A stretch of 64,000 nt of DNA from a virus (Duplodnaviria; Caudoviricetes). The DNA lies in IMG/VR virus record IMGVR_UViG_3300028186_000155. One strand, 5' to 3'. The notes below the pieces were generated by a model, which ran no database searches, had not been told where the DNA came from, and saw only the letters and a list, made by a program, of their open reading frames with translations. The translations under genes and the position numbers were made by a program. Each line of letters starts with the position of its first letter. Positions within the stretch are counted from its first letter, which is position 1. This document shows positions 36,816 through 46,680 of the stretch, one piece after another.

Positions 36816-37501
36816 CGCAAATCCTCAAGTGTAGCCCGGCGCCAGATGGCAGCGAGTTCTTTTTCTGTGTTCAGGTAGTAAGGCATTTCAATCGTGACGT
36901 AAACCTCATAGGCCAGCGCCAGATAGTCGCCTTTCAACCGACCGATACTAACCCGGAATTGTGGGTTAAAAATCATCGGCACCCAATCCCATCGTTTCAG
37001 CTGGGAAAAGTTGGCGGGCCTTCGATCTTTCTTGACCTGCACAACTTTGCCGTCTTTGACGGTGCGCACCGTGGAAAGCTTCAATGCATCAGGAAATTCC
37101 TTGAGCACTTTTACGCTAACCATTCGATTGATCAGGTAATCCAGATCAAAGCGTTGCGGTTTCATTTTCACTTGACCTGTAATGGTGAAACCACTAACGA
37201 TATTGGTCAAATGATCTACATTCAGTTCGATATCGAAGCTATGCCGTTGCGGCACCAAATGGGTCAGCAAAAACTTTTGCGTGAGGGCTTTGTTTAGGTC
37301 GGCATACAGTTTATTTACAGTAAACCAATCACCCACTTTCTTCAGCGTTTTGAGTTTGGTCCCGGCCTGCTGTAGGAGAACCCGGAAACACTCAGCGAGC
37401 ATTTTGGGATCTTTTCCTTTCGTGTCAGGCAGTTCCAAAAACGCTTCCCACGAACCCGCATAAGCCGGATCAACGTCGGATGGCATTTTTAGATTCGGCA
37501 T
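36812..37501 (-). CDS. hypothetical protein
   Basis: 229 aa in operon. Confidence 0.7.
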   Translation of the reverse strand: MPNLKMPSDVDPAYAGSWEAFLELPDTKGKDPKMLAECFRVLLQQAGTKLKTLKKVGDWFTVNKLYADLNKALTQKFLLTHLVPQRHSFDIELNVDHLTNIVSGFTITGQVKMKPQRFDLDYLINRMVSVKVLKEFPDALKLSTVRTVKDGKVVQVKKDRRPANFSQLKRWDWVPMIFNPQFRVSIGRLKGDYLALAYEVYVTIEMPYYLNTEKELAAIWRRATLEDLR

Positions 37502-37835
37502 CTTTTTTCTTCTTCGAAAGGATCAATTGTTTCGAGTGACGGCTGCTATGCTGCGCCGCGTGGCAATCTGCACACAACGTTCGCAAATTCTGCATTACCG
37601 TTTGCCCGCCCATTGCTACAGAACGAATGTGATCTACCTGTAGGTATTCGGTGCTTGGACATTTCGTGCATTTGTACCCGTCGCGTTGCAGCACCTTTGC
37701 ACGAACAGCCATCCATTCGGTGCGATTGCCATAAGCTTGCTCTTTCGTGCGTCGGACCTTGGCCACCACTTTCGCCTTACCCGGCCCGCAAATAACGCTT
37801 TTGACTTTCTTGGGCGCAACGCGTGTGGGCCTCAT
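37470..37835 (-). CDS. HNH endonuclease
   Basis: VLQRDGYKCTKC...VDHI...GG....NLRTLCADCH. Confidence 0.9.
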   Translation of the reverse strand: MRPTRVAPKKVKSVICGPGKAKVVAKVRRTKEQAYGNRTEWMAVRAKVLQRDGYKCTKCPSTEYLQVDHIRSVAMGGQTVMQNLRTLCADCHAAQHSSRHSKQLILSKKKKDAESKNAIRR

Positions 37836-38593
37836 AGCAATACCTTCCTCATTCGTTCCAACGCCTTGGGATATTCTTCAGTCACGGTTTCCGCAACTTC
37901 GCTCAAGGTGTTTTTCATTTTCTTCTGAAGTTCGGCGCTGATATCTTCGTCTTTCACGAACTTGGAAATGGCGCCCATCATATGGAAATAGGTATCGGTG
38001 AAACCTTGCGCCACAATCTGTTGATACGGTCGCAGCACCACCATTTCCAACTCGGTAATCTGTGCAGAAATATCGCGGGTTGCACGCAGGTCTGCGATTA
38101 CCTCACGAATCTGCGAATAGATGGTGTTGAGCGCATAAACGTCTTTGTTGTAAATGCGGTCTTCCATCTGCTCTTCGAGACGGCCAGCGGTACGCACCAG
38201 CTGCTCGAAAATACGCCGGGTTTCCGCGTCGAATTCGTCAACGGGTTGCGGCAGGTGCACATACTCTTCGATGGCACCCATTAATTCCTGTTTGCCCTTC
38301 GCCTTTTTCTTCAGTGCGACAGGCCCAGCGACCACCATTTCCTTACCGGCAGGAATGTACTCACCTTCGACACTCTTTTTCTTCTTTTTCTTGGCTGTAT
38401 CTTGACCAGCCTTGAATTTGTTGTCTACGGGTGTGAGGTCTTCTTTTTCTTTCGGTTTGAGCTTTTTCTTTTTCTTGACTGCTGGACCACGCGATTCATC
38501 GAGGTCTTTATTCCGTGGCTTGCCCCGGCTATCAATCGAGATTCCATCATCTTCGTCGCCACCGCGAACGGTGCGAACTTTTACCTTTGCCAT
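37832..38593 (-). CDS. hypothetical protein with Lys-rich N-terminus and helical C-terminus (terminase small subunit-like architecture possible)
   Basis: MAKVKVRTVRGG start, poly-K tracts, coupled to HNH gene. Confidence 0.55.
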   Translation of the reverse strand: MAKVKVRTVRGGDEDDGISIDSRGKPRNKDLDESRGPAVKKKKKLKPKEKEDLTPVDNKFKAGQDTAKKKKKKSVEGEYIPAGKEMVVAGPVALKKKAKGKQELMGAIEEYVHLPQPVDEFDAETRRIFEQLVRTAGRLEEQMEDRIYNKDVYALNTIYSQIREVIADLRATRDISAQITELEMVVLRPYQQIVAQGFTDTYFHMMGAISKFVKDEDISAELQKKMKNTLSEVAETVTEEYPKALERMRKVLL

Positions 38594-38611
38594 AAATCCC
38601 CCTAAACCGAC

Positions 38612-38634
38612 AAAAGGGGGCGCATGGCCCCCTT
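38612..38634 (-). terminator. intrinsic terminator
   Basis: AAGGGGGC...GCCCCCTT stem followed by T4. Confidence 0.7.
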
Positions 38635-38653
38635 CTGAATTTACTGCTATTTC

Positions 38654-39499
38654 TTAGAAGAAGACGTGGCTGCGAACGCGAGTCATGAATTCATCGAAGT
38701 ATGCCGGGCGGCGTGCGTAAACGCGGCTGTAGAACGACGCGAAACGGTCGGTATCAGCAGCCGAGGCAACGGCTACGGAATCCTTGGCTTCCTCTTCGTC
38801 CAGATCGACGGCGCCAGCGGTGACAACGATCATTTCGCGGTGAATGGTTTCGGTTTGGCCATTCGGGCGAACAACGAAAATTTCCGGGGTTGGCGAACCG
38901 TCTTCGTGATCGATGGATGCGCAGGCGAATGCCATTTGCAGATCAGCCGATTGCTGGGAGACGTAAACGATCAGGTCGCCACCTTCCACCATTGCGCGAT
39001 CTTGCGAGGATTGCAGGTGCAGGTTTTTGTTGTTGAAATCGTTGTGGTCGTGGGTAGCGCAGGCCAGCAGCTGTTTCATCACCAGCGAGTCGTCGGCGCA
39101 AACCGATTTGACCATTACTTCACCGGTTGCAGTTTTGCGCAGGGTCCAGAGATTTTCGCTCTGATCCATGTACATGTTGGCCGCAACGGCTTGGTAGTTT
39201 TCACGGTTTTGATCGGTCACGACAACGCGTTCGGAAACGACGCCCACGATACCTTCGAAGTGGTGCAGGGTCGGTTCAGCGGCCAGCGAAACAAAGGAAC
39301 CGTGAATCGGGGTGATCCCTTTGAATTGTTGGCGAATGCCGTTGAAAACCTGTTCTTTGGTGGCGCCAGCGGAAGCAACGGCAACGATCCGCATGAAACG
39401 GTCGTCAATTTCGAATGCATCGCGGATTTGAACGTTGGTTGCTTCGGTTTTGGTGGAAGTAACCAGAGCGCTACGGGCTTTGGAAGTGTCAAATGCCAT
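38654..39499 (-). CDS. probable head/core virion protein
   Basis: Own TAATTTA promoter motif and terminator; GGAG RBS; several AVAS sites. Confidence 0.6.
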   Translation of the reverse strand: MAFDTSKARSALVTSTKTEATNVQIRDAFEIDDRFMRIVAVASAGATKEQVFNGIRQQFKGITPIHGSFVSLAAEPTLHHFEGIVGVVSERVVVTDQNRENYQAVAANMYMDQSENLWTLRKTATGEVMVKSVCADDSLVMKQLLACATHDHNDFNNKNLHLQSSQDRAMVEGGDLIVYVSQQSADLQMAFACASIDHEDGSPTPEIFVVRPNGQTETIHREMIVVTAGAVDLDEEEAKDSVAVASAADTDRFASFYSRVYARRPAYFDEFMTRVRSHVFF

Positions 39500-39521
39500 G
39501 TTGGAAAATCTCCAGTGGATG

Positions 39522-39536
39522 TACGATTAAATTATG
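39522..39536 (-). promoter_or_regulatory. late-type promoter CATAATTTAATCGTA
   Basis: Identical 15-mer at 43832-43846. Confidence 0.65.
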
Positions 39537-39554
39537 AATTGTTTGAATTCATCA

Positions 39555-40769
39555 TCAGAAGAAGTTGCGGAAGAAACCAGCAGTAGATCCACGACCCGGA
39601 TAACCGGGCAAGCGGGTCATTGCGGTATTCGAAATGCCGAGAATACCAAATGCACGGCTGGTATCGATGAAACCTCCACCGATGCTGCCATCGCCACCCA
39701 AAGCATTTGCGCGACCCAGCAGTTTTTTCAGCGGTTTAACTTGCGATTCAATCTGTGCATCGATTCGACCTAATGCCGCTTCGAGTGCAGGTGTGCGGTC
39801 AACGTTCAGGCTTACGGTTTGGCCGCCGAAATCGAATGCCAAACTACCTTCTGCCAAGTTCTGCGCACCCAGCGCGTAAATGCACGAACAGGTCAACCAT
39901 GCGTCGAGCAAAGGCCCTTGCATGTTGGTGCCTGTGAAGTTGGAAATGTTCGGTTGCAGCGAGTTAAAGAAACTCAGGCCACGACTCAAATATTCCATGA
40001 TATCGGATTGTGTGTATTCCAATTCAGGAATGATATTCGCAACCCGCGCCCGGTTAATGTAATCCTCAAGCTGGCGGCTGGCTGTGAGGATTTGCGGGGT
40101 GATGGCCCAAACCTTGTAAGTCAGCGTGGTTTTTGCCAGCTGGCGTACAGGCGTATGATCAACCAGCATGGTAAGCGGTGCCATTTTCGGATCGCCCATA
40201 ATTGCAGGCATATCGATCACGGTTCGCTTATTCATTGCCTCGATTTTGATTTGTGGATCTTCCACATTCCAATTGTCGAAAACAGTCTGGTTATTGAAAT
40301 ACAGGGAAACGGTCAGTTCATCACCGGCCTTGGCTTTGCGCGCCGGTTTCCCTTTGGTCAAATCCGCTTTCCGTGCAGGCACCGGGGCTTTGTAGGTAAT
40401 CGGAACCGTTAGCTGCATGCGGGTATCACGCCCACAAATAATCACGATATCCGATTCACGCCCAAGCGTTGCAGGTTCTACCGTGATTTTGGTACGCGCT
40501 TGGAAATGCCCGCTGTCCGATTCGAACGACCACCGCGCCAGCAATTCCACAGAATCGCGAAGATCCATATTGGGAATTGGCAGGTCGGCAATCCACTGCC
40601 CCGGAATCGATGAATGCGGTTTCGCGTAGACTTCAGCGATCACCGATTTATCAACATCGAACAAACGCACGAACGGGGCCGGGGTGTTTTCAGAGGGGAT
40701 TACCGGCTCTTCGAAATCATCGAAAAACTCTTCGGTAATTGTGCACGTTGTGCCTTCGTATGCGTTCAA
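39555..40769 (-). CDS. neck/head-completion protein (T4 gp13-like C-terminus)
   Basis: Beta-rich N-half; helical C-half ending in a FGGQTVSLNVDR motif. Confidence 0.5.
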   Translation of the reverse strand: MNAYEGTTCTITEEFFDDFEEPVIPSENTPAPFVRLFDVDKSVIAEVYAKPHSSIPGQWIADLPIPNMDLRDSVELLARWSFESDSGHFQARTKITVEPATLGRESDIVIICGRDTRMQLTVPITYKAPVPARKADLTKGKPARKAKAGDELTVSLYFNNQTVFDNWNVEDPQIKIEAMNKRTVIDMPAIMGDPKMAPLTMLVDHTPVRQLAKTTLTYKVWAITPQILTASRQLEDYINRARVANIIPELEYTQSDIMEYLSRGLSFFNSLQPNISNFTGTNMQGPLLDAWLTCSCIYALGAQNLAEGSLAFDFGGQTVSLNVDRTPALEAALGRIDAQIESQVKPLKKLLGRANALGGDGSIGGGFIDTSRAFGILGISNTAMTRLPGYPGRGSTAGFFRNFF

Positions 40770-41671
40770 TCTACAACTCCTTGAGACAGCCGTAGGGCCA
40801 ACGTCTCAATGTCGTGCAATCCGTTTTCTTCCAGAGGCAACAGGGCGGCTAAACCAGCTTCCTCGGGTTCGATTTGGTTTTGGACATAGCGCAGTAGGAA
40901 TTGGCGGATTTCGTCTAGTGCTTCGTCCGCAAACTGCGCGTAATACTTGCTGCGTCGGCGCATAGGCAGGTTCGGTGCAATGAATCGAACGTAATATTCA
41001 ATGAATTTTGGCGTCCATTCCACGTGCAACAGATCCGGCATTCGCTGCCAGAAATCCAGCGTGTATTTCCAATCCGCCATGGACGAATAGAACATTGCAC
41101 GTGGGATATTCTGGTAAAGAAGTTTCGCAGCAGTCGTGTCCACTCCACCGCTGAAGTCACCGATTTTACGGATAACCGCTTTCGTCACGCCCCCGGCAAT
41201 GTCGTACAGATAACGCTGATCACGTTCCATCATTTGTTGCATGCGGGCACGTGTCAAAATATTCAGCGGAATCGAGATACTGATGAAGTCGGAAGCTTGG
41301 TTATCCGCTTGTCCCCAAATGCAGGTGTAACCGCGCAGCCATGCAGGGTGCATAGGTTTCGCGGTATCGGCATTTGTCCTGATAGTTCTGGCGAACGTGA
41401 ACACCAGCCCAGTTCGCCGCACTTCTTTTGGTGGATAATCGACTAGGCCCACACTGGTATCGGTGTATTGTGAGTACACGTTAACCAGCGTGAACGTGGT
41501 TTTGAAAACGAACACCAATGGCGTTTGTTTCAGCTGGTCAACCACGTAATCAAGGACCATCGGAATGTCGATTAGGTATCGATCACTGTTGTAGGTGGTG
41601 ATATAGGAATCGCCGCCTTGGGGCCAAGCCGATAAACGAAAATTTAACGGCTTTGGGATATGGTTGTGCAT
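40766..41671 (-). CDS. hypothetical (probable virion) protein
   Basis: Coupled in late operon. Confidence 0.6.
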   Translation of the reverse strand: MHNHIPKPLNFRLSAWPQGGDSYITTYNSDRYLIDIPMVLDYVVDQLKQTPLVFVFKTTFTLVNVYSQYTDTSVGLVDYPPKEVRRTGLVFTFARTIRTNADTAKPMHPAWLRGYTCIWGQADNQASDFISISIPLNILTRARMQQMMERDQRYLYDIAGGVTKAVIRKIGDFSGGVDTTAAKLLYQNIPRAMFYSSMADWKYTLDFWQRMPDLLHVEWTPKFIEYYVRFIAPNLPMRRRSKYYAQFADEALDEIRQFLLRYVQNQIEPEEAGLAALLPLEENGLHDIETLALRLSQGVVD

Positions 41672-42804
41672 TACTTCAGCGTGAGGCTGTAGGAATGCTG
41701 GTCCCCATCGATGGAGCGCAGCGAACTGGTGTAACCTTTCTTGGTCAGTGCTTTGACTTCGCGCAGGCCATTCAAGGTGTTGAGAACTGCCATCTGAATA
41801 TCGCGATTTCCTTCAGGGAATTCGACAACGATTTCGTTCGGTTCAACCATGACGCCAGAAACGCCATCGATTTTCGACAGCAGGGTTTGCACTTCGGTTT
41901 GATCGACTTTGAGGTCGGCTTTAACGGCGAACAGAACCACGTTGTGACGGGCAATTTCGCGGTCGATCATGCTGGTGAATTTGCCGCCGATTGCAGCAGT
42001 ATCATCACCCGGAATTTCGGTGCCGAGGTTGTACAGATACGGCAGGGCCACGCGATCCAAAATGTTCACGTAGGTTTTGAAGTTGAACGCGGTTTCGGTA
42101 GGCTCGGCACGAACGGTGATAACCACTACCAGCGCCTTGTGCACGCCTTCGACGTAATTGCGCCAGTGGGTAATGTCACAGTTCAGGATGAAATCCATAC
42201 CGCCGTCTTTTACACCAACGTTGATGTAGTAGGCGAGTTCGTCGTCTTCGTCGGATTCAGCACTTTGTGCCGCGTGCTGTTTTTCCATCTTGTCGAAGTA
42301 TTTCTGCACACGTTTGAAAATGTCACCCACTTCATCCGGCACGAAGTTGTCGGCCAGTTCGGACATTGCGTGCAGAGTTTCGGTGTAGACTTCAAGCATG
42401 GCGTTGTACATGGCCACCTGATCTTTGACCAGTGCGTTCATGCCTTTGTGCTCGGAAGCCTTACACAGTTCGATCATTTTATCGAGTTCATCGATTTTGT
42501 CGCGCAGTTGCAGGGCGTCGAGGTTCTTTTGCAGTTCCCGTTTGCCCGGCATTTTCAGCTTTTGCACAGTCAGGCCGAGGCCCGCATTTTTGTTGCTGCC
42601 ACCACCTTCGCCACCGCGCACGGTGCGCACTTTGACTTCGGATGCGGTAGCTACGTTGGAACGGTGGTTTTTACCAAAGAAAAACCGCAACAGGCTGGTG
42701 AACTTCGACAGCAGACGGCGATAACCGCTCTTTTGGCCCTTGTAGTATTTGATCAGCTGCTCAGGCGACATGCGTTCGAGGTAGCTAAAGTCTTTTTTGC
42801 TCAT
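41671..42804 (-). CDS. probable virion protein with propeptide
   Basis: NVATAS followed by EVKVRTVRGG. Confidence 0.6.
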   Translation of the reverse strand: MSKKDFSYLERMSPEQLIKYYKGQKSGYRRLLSKFTSLLRFFFGKNHRSNVATASEVKVRTVRGGEGGGSNKNAGLGLTVQKLKMPGKRELQKNLDALQLRDKIDELDKMIELCKASEHKGMNALVKDQVAMYNAMLEVYTETLHAMSELADNFVPDEVGDIFKRVQKYFDKMEKQHAAQSAESDEDDELAYYINVGVKDGGMDFILNCDITHWRNYVEGVHKALVVVITVRAEPTETAFNFKTYVNILDRVALPYLYNLGTEIPGDDTAAIGGKFTSMIDREIARHNVVLFAVKADLKVDQTEVQTLLSKIDGVSGVMVEPNEIVVEFPEGNRDIQMAVLNTLNGLREVKALTKKGYTSSLRSIDGDQHSYSLTLK

Positions 42805-43805
42805 TACGATTGTTCCATGATTGTGTTGAGTTTGTCTTTTTCTGGCTTGCCGACGTTAAGCAGCTTCGTCAGTTTATTCAATGAACGCACATCGTAGATT
42901 TTCCGCTTGCCCACGACGAACGAAATCATGAAATTGTTCCCGTACTGCGACACACGGTGAATGATATCAGTGTTCGGCAGATTCACCGCACGTTTCAGAT
43001 ACGGCAGAACGCGCATCAAAAACTTGTTGATATCTTCAGGCTTCACAAACGGTTTGAGAATCACATTCAGGCGATCATCTGTCACCTCAACGTTTTTCAC
43101 CAGCTTGGACGCCAGCAGCTTGTCGTCATTGGGAACGGGGCCAGCCACGTATTCGAAATCGGACAGGTTGCCCATGATGTACGTTTGCACATCCTTGGCA
43201 GTATCGACCGCTGTTTCCTCGGACGATACGAACGGAGAGTCTGGAATGGAAATGTAGTAGTTGCCACCCAGTAACGCCAGCTTAACCGTGATAGGCCCGC
43301 TAACAAATCCGTTCTTATCCTGCACACCACTATCGGTCCTGAAGCAAATCATTTGATACTCAGGCAGACGGATATGCAGTTGAGTTGTGTGGCTAATGCG
43401 CGAAAGGATTTTGTAAACGCCTTCCGACAAATAATTCAGGTGCTTATCCATTCGACTGGAACAAACGCCGTCGATTAGATCCATCAGCGTCTTTTGGAAT
43501 GCGCGGATATTGGATTGCAGTGCGCTAATCATTTGGAAACAACGATCACGTTTCGAATCGCTGAATTCCTGTGCAACAGATCGGGCGCAGCGTAACTCAA
43601 CCAGCGAGTCTACGCAGAATGTAAGCGCTTCAACGCCATCCGAAACCTTCAGGAATGGCAGCTTCTTTTGGTTGAACTTCGAAACCAAAACGCTCGTAGC
43701 CGTGTTAATTCGGGTTAATACCGTTACGACTTCATTGGCGTTTCGGGCATTCTTTAGATCGATGATGTTTGGGTTATCATCGATGTATTTTGATTGTATT
43801 TGCAA
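42804..43805 (-). CDS. hypothetical virion protein, possible paralog of 41671..42804
   Basis: First gene after a TAATTTA promoter; similar C-terminal VxxVxVxxxxIxV pattern. Confidence 0.55.
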   Translation of the reverse strand: MQIQSKYIDDNPNIIDLKNARNANEVVTVLTRINTATSVLVSKFNQKKLPFLKVSDGVEALTFCVDSLVELRCARSVAQEFSDSKRDRCFQMISALQSNIRAFQKTLMDLIDGVCSSRMDKHLNYLSEGVYKILSRISHTTQLHIRLPEYQMICFRTDSGVQDKNGFVSGPITVKLALLGGNYYISIPDSPFVSSEETAVDTAKDVQTYIMGNLSDFEYVAGPVPNDDKLLASKLVKNVEVTDDRLNVILKPFVKPEDINKFLMRVLPYLKRAVNLPNTDIIHRVSQYGNNFMISFVVGKRKIYDVRSLNKLTKLLNVGKPEKDKLNTIMEQS

Positions 43806-43831
43806 TGCACGTACACCCGAATAGGAGGATA

Positions 43832-43846
43832 TACGATTAAATTATG
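43832..43846 (-). promoter_or_regulatory. late-type promoter CATAATTTAATCGTA
   Basis: Identical to 39522-39536; follows a terminator. Confidence 0.65.
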
Positions 43847-43857
43847 GTCCAGAACGC

Positions 43858-43892
43858 AAAAAACCCGCCTCCCTATTAAGAGAAGCGGGTTT
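43858..43892 (-). terminator. intrinsic terminator
   Basis: AAACCCGCTTCT...GGAGGCGGGTTT followed by a T run. Confidence 0.8.
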
Positions 43893-43920
43893 CCTGTATT
43901 GCGTTAAGCCTTATTGCCTA

Positions 43921-45201
43921 TTAGGCGAATTTGGCTTTTGGTACTGCGCCACCAACTTTGGCTTTAGCCTTGGCGCCACCTTTGGCCGGGGCTTTCGCTT
44001 CGGCTGCGGGCTTTTTGGCGGCAGGTTTCTTAGCTGCTGGTTTTTTCTCGGCGGCTGGCTTTTTGGCCCCCGACGGTTTTTTGCTAGCTGGCTTTTCAGC
44101 TGCTGGCTTTTTCTCGGCGGCTGGCTTTTTGGCAGCAGGCTTTTTGGCAGCAGGCTTTTCAGCTGCTGGTTTTTTGCTGGCCGCTGGTTTCTTCGAAGCC
44201 GGTTTTTCAGCGGCTGGGGCAGCTACTTCCTTCGGCTTGTTCTTGCTACCAGCTGGGCGGCCCGGACCTTTTTTCACCGGAGCTTCAGCAGCTGGGGCTG
44301 CTGGAGTTTTCGGTTTGTTTTTCGAACCGACTGGGCGGCCCGGACCTTTTTTCACCGGAGCTTCAGCAGCTGGGGCTGCTGGAGTTTTCGGCTTGTTCTT
44401 GCTACCAGCTGGGCGGCCCGGACCTTTTTTCACCGGAGCTTCAGCGGCAGGTGCGGCAGCCGGGGCAGCGGCAGCAGCTGGTTTCTTAGCTGCTGGTTTT
44501 TTCGCGCCTGCTGGCTTTTTCTTGGCACCGCCACCGAAGTGTTTGTTGGCGATTGCGGCAACGCCATCGGCTTGCGCTTTCTTACCAACTTTGTCCACAT
44601 CGACAACGCGTTTGTGTTTGGTGCTGATCGGCTTCGCTTGGAAGTTGCTGATCATGTTTTTCAGGGAGAATTTCCCTTTCGACTTGATCTTCTTCAGCGC
44701 GGCTTTGTGAGTCGAAGTCGCCTTCACGCGCTCGGCTGCGAGAGCTTTACGTGCGTCGGCGTAACGGGCTTTTTCCTTCTGGCGCAGTTGTGCACGCGCT
44801 TGAGGGGTTTTGCCCTTGGTTTTGATCGCTAGCAGAGCTTTCTTGTGCTGGCTGGCCAGCGAGTCGGCTTTGCGGCTGATTTGAGCGCGGATTTGACGCT
44901 GCGCGTTGTGAGCATCGCGGCGCTTACCAGCAGCATGCTGACCGGAGTCACGCAGTTTGCGGCGTTTGATCCACGCGGCTTTGATCTTTTTCGCTTCAGC
45001 TTCGGTTGCACCGTGGCGCATGGCCTTGGTGAAAACGTTCTGCGCATGCATTTTCAGCTTTTCAGCCGGGGTCATGGCCTTGTAACGGGCGCGGGCCTCA
45101 CGGTTGATTTTGTGCTTGGTTTTCTTGCGGCGAGCTTTCGCCTTTTTGCGCTCGGTTTTAGCCGCTGCGCTGTTGTCCACTTGGACGGCTTTGTAGACCA
45201 T
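43921..45201 (-). CDS. histone H1-like DNA-binding protein with three AT-hook-like repeats
   Basis: K/A/P-rich, many KKPAA units, 3 x KKGPGRPxGSKNKPK; GAGGA RBS. Confidence 0.8.
   Translation of the reverse strand: MVYKAVQVDNSAAAKTERKKAKARRKKTKHKINREARARYKAMTPAEKLKMHAQNVFTKAMRHGATEAEAKKIKAAWIKRRKLRDSGQHAAGKRRDAHNAQRQIRAQISRKADSLASQHKKALLAIKTKGKTPQARAQLRQKEKARYADARKALAAERVKATSTHKAALKKIKSKGKFSLKNMISNFQAKPISTKHKRVVDVDKVGKKAQADGVAAIANKHFGGGAKKKPAGAKKPAAKKPAAAAAPAAAPAAEAPVKKGPGRPAGSKNKPKTPAAPAAEAPVKKGPGRPVGSKNKPKTPAAPAAEAPVKKGPGRPAGSKNKPKEVAAPAAEKPASKKPAASKKPAAEKPAAKKPAAKKPAAEKKPAAEKPASKKPSGAKKPAAEKKPAAKKPAAKKPAAEAKAPAKGGAKAKAKVGGAVPKAKFA
44231..44445. repeat. 78-bp coding tandem repeat (about 3 copies)
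   Basis: gggcggcccggaccttttttcaccggagcttcagc at 44255, 44333 and 44411. Confidence 0.9.
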
Positions 45202-45273
45202 CGCTAGATCCTCGAATAAGGTTGTGTTTAGTTGGCCTTAATCGCAGCGCCGCGATGACCAGTCAACTAAGAA

Positions 45274-45280
45274 TAAATTA
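45274..45280 (-). promoter_or_regulatory. TAATTTA late-type promoter motif
   Basis: Upstream of the H1-like gene; context CTAATTTATTC identical to 3401-3411. Confidence 0.55.
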
Positions 45281-45318
45281 GTATTATTGGAAAATACTAA
45301 AATATCTTGGTCGGCCCG

Positions 45319-46362
45319 TCAGAACCCAAGGACGTTTTTGGCTTTATGCACTTCTTTTAATGCCAGTTTGATTTGCTTTTGCGTCAAACCTTCGGCACCG
45401 AGGAATGATTCCAAACCGAATTCAGGGTCAATATCCGCCCGGTCGATTTTAATGGTATCCGCGTCCTCAATTGCTTTATCCTTATGGCCGGTATAAACAA
45501 TGCCGCCCGTAATATTCGGATATTGCAGCATAATATCTGCTGGCACCGGCACTTCTGGATCAACGTGCAGTTTATAGCGGATATTCGAATCGTGCTTGAG
45601 TTTCTTGAAATCGTTGAGGTCTGTAATGTGAATATTCAGCAGGGAAAAACTGGGTTTATTCTCAACGAATTTATGCTCTACTTCGATCTTGTCACCGATC
45701 AGTTTCACCCGCGCATGCACAAACCCTTTGGGCAGCGCTTCACCGAAGTTTTTCTGGAACGGGTTGCCACAATAAATGGCCCGTTTGGCTTTCATGTACT
45801 GGTATTGGTGGATGTGGCCGCTGATGGTGAAATCGTTTTTATGCGATTGCAATTCCTGTTTGGTTTTCAGGGTACGCCCGTTGTCACCAATGGCCCCTGT
45901 ATATTCGACGTGTGCCACGTTGAGTGCACCGGTCTTTTTCGACAGGGTTTTGAGCGCAGGGAAAGGCAACAGGTTGACCGGCACACCGTTGATTTCGATG
46001 CGCTCGGGTTTCAGGATGATTTGCAGGTTTTTGAATGCTTTGGTCTTGGTCAAACGTCGCATGAAATTCATGGACATTTTATCAATGTGTTCGAAGTCGT
46101 GGTTGCCCGCCACGTAAATGAACGTAAGCAGCGAGTCATATTTGTGGAACAGGTTGAACAGGTTTTGGTAGGTATCAAATGGCAGGTTGGGCGTATCGGA
46201 AATGTCGCCCGGAATGATCATGTATTTGATGCCGTTACTCAACGCGTACTGAATGATCTTTTCGGCCTCGGCCAGAATGCGTTCATCGCCATCTTGGAAA
46301 TGTTTGTTCAGGCCGGTGAGGTGCCAGTCCGAGGTGAAAACGGCTTCAAATTCTTTTGCCAC
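45319..46362 (-). CDS. sbcD: Mre11/SbcD-like nuclease (gp47-like)
   Basis: SDWHL, PGDISD, GNHD, AH, SGHIH, YCGNP motifs. Confidence 0.92.
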   Translation of the reverse strand: MAKEFEAVFTSDWHLTGLNKHFQDGDERILAEAEKIIQYALSNGIKYMIIPGDISDTPNLPFDTYQNLFNLFHKYDSLLTFIYVAGNHDFEHIDKMSMNFMRRLTKTKAFKNLQIILKPERIEINGVPVNLLPFPALKTLSKKTGALNVAHVEYTGAIGDNGRTLKTKQELQSHKNDFTISGHIHQYQYMKAKRAIYCGNPFQKNFGEALPKGFVHARVKLIGDKIEVEHKFVENKPSFSLLNIHITDLNDFKKLKHDSNIRYKLHVDPEVPVPADIMLQYPNITGGIVYTGHKDKAIEDADTIKIDRADIDPEFGLESFLGAEGLTQKQIKLALKEVHKAKNVLGF

Positions 46363-46371
46363 AATAGGTTC

Positions 46372-46680
46372 CTAGCGAGTCCAATTGAGTTCGAGTTTAT
46401 AACCCAGTTTTTCCGCAATGATGATCAGCACTTCGAGGTCGGCATTGACCAGCGATTCGTGTTCATCATCAGCGAAATCCGGGTGGAAATACGGCATGAG
46501 TTCCCGGCACAGAATGCCACCGATATTCAGGTAGGTTTTCTGCACGTAACGGCGTAGGCATTTGGCGCTGGTTTCTTTCTGGCCTTTGCACTGCGGGCGC
46601 GCCTGCCGGGACAATTCGTTGATTATGATGGCGTATAGTTCTGCCTTCATAGTGTTTACAGTTGTTGTCATGCTCGACAT
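46372..46680 (-). CDS. XRE/HigA-like HTH protein (start may be 46671 or 46650)
   Basis: MKAELYAII...DLEVLIIIAEKLGYKLEL C-terminal pattern. Confidence 0.45.
   Translation of the reverse strand: MSSMTTTVNTMKAELYAIIINELSRQARPQCKGQKETSAKCLRRYVQKTYLNIGGILCRELMPYFHPDFADDEHESLVNADLEVLIIIAEKLGYKLELNWTR

Noticed and set aside
44231-44445. 78-bp repeats as a CRISPR-like array
   Set aside because: Contiguous in-frame coding repeats with no unique spacers and no cas genes.
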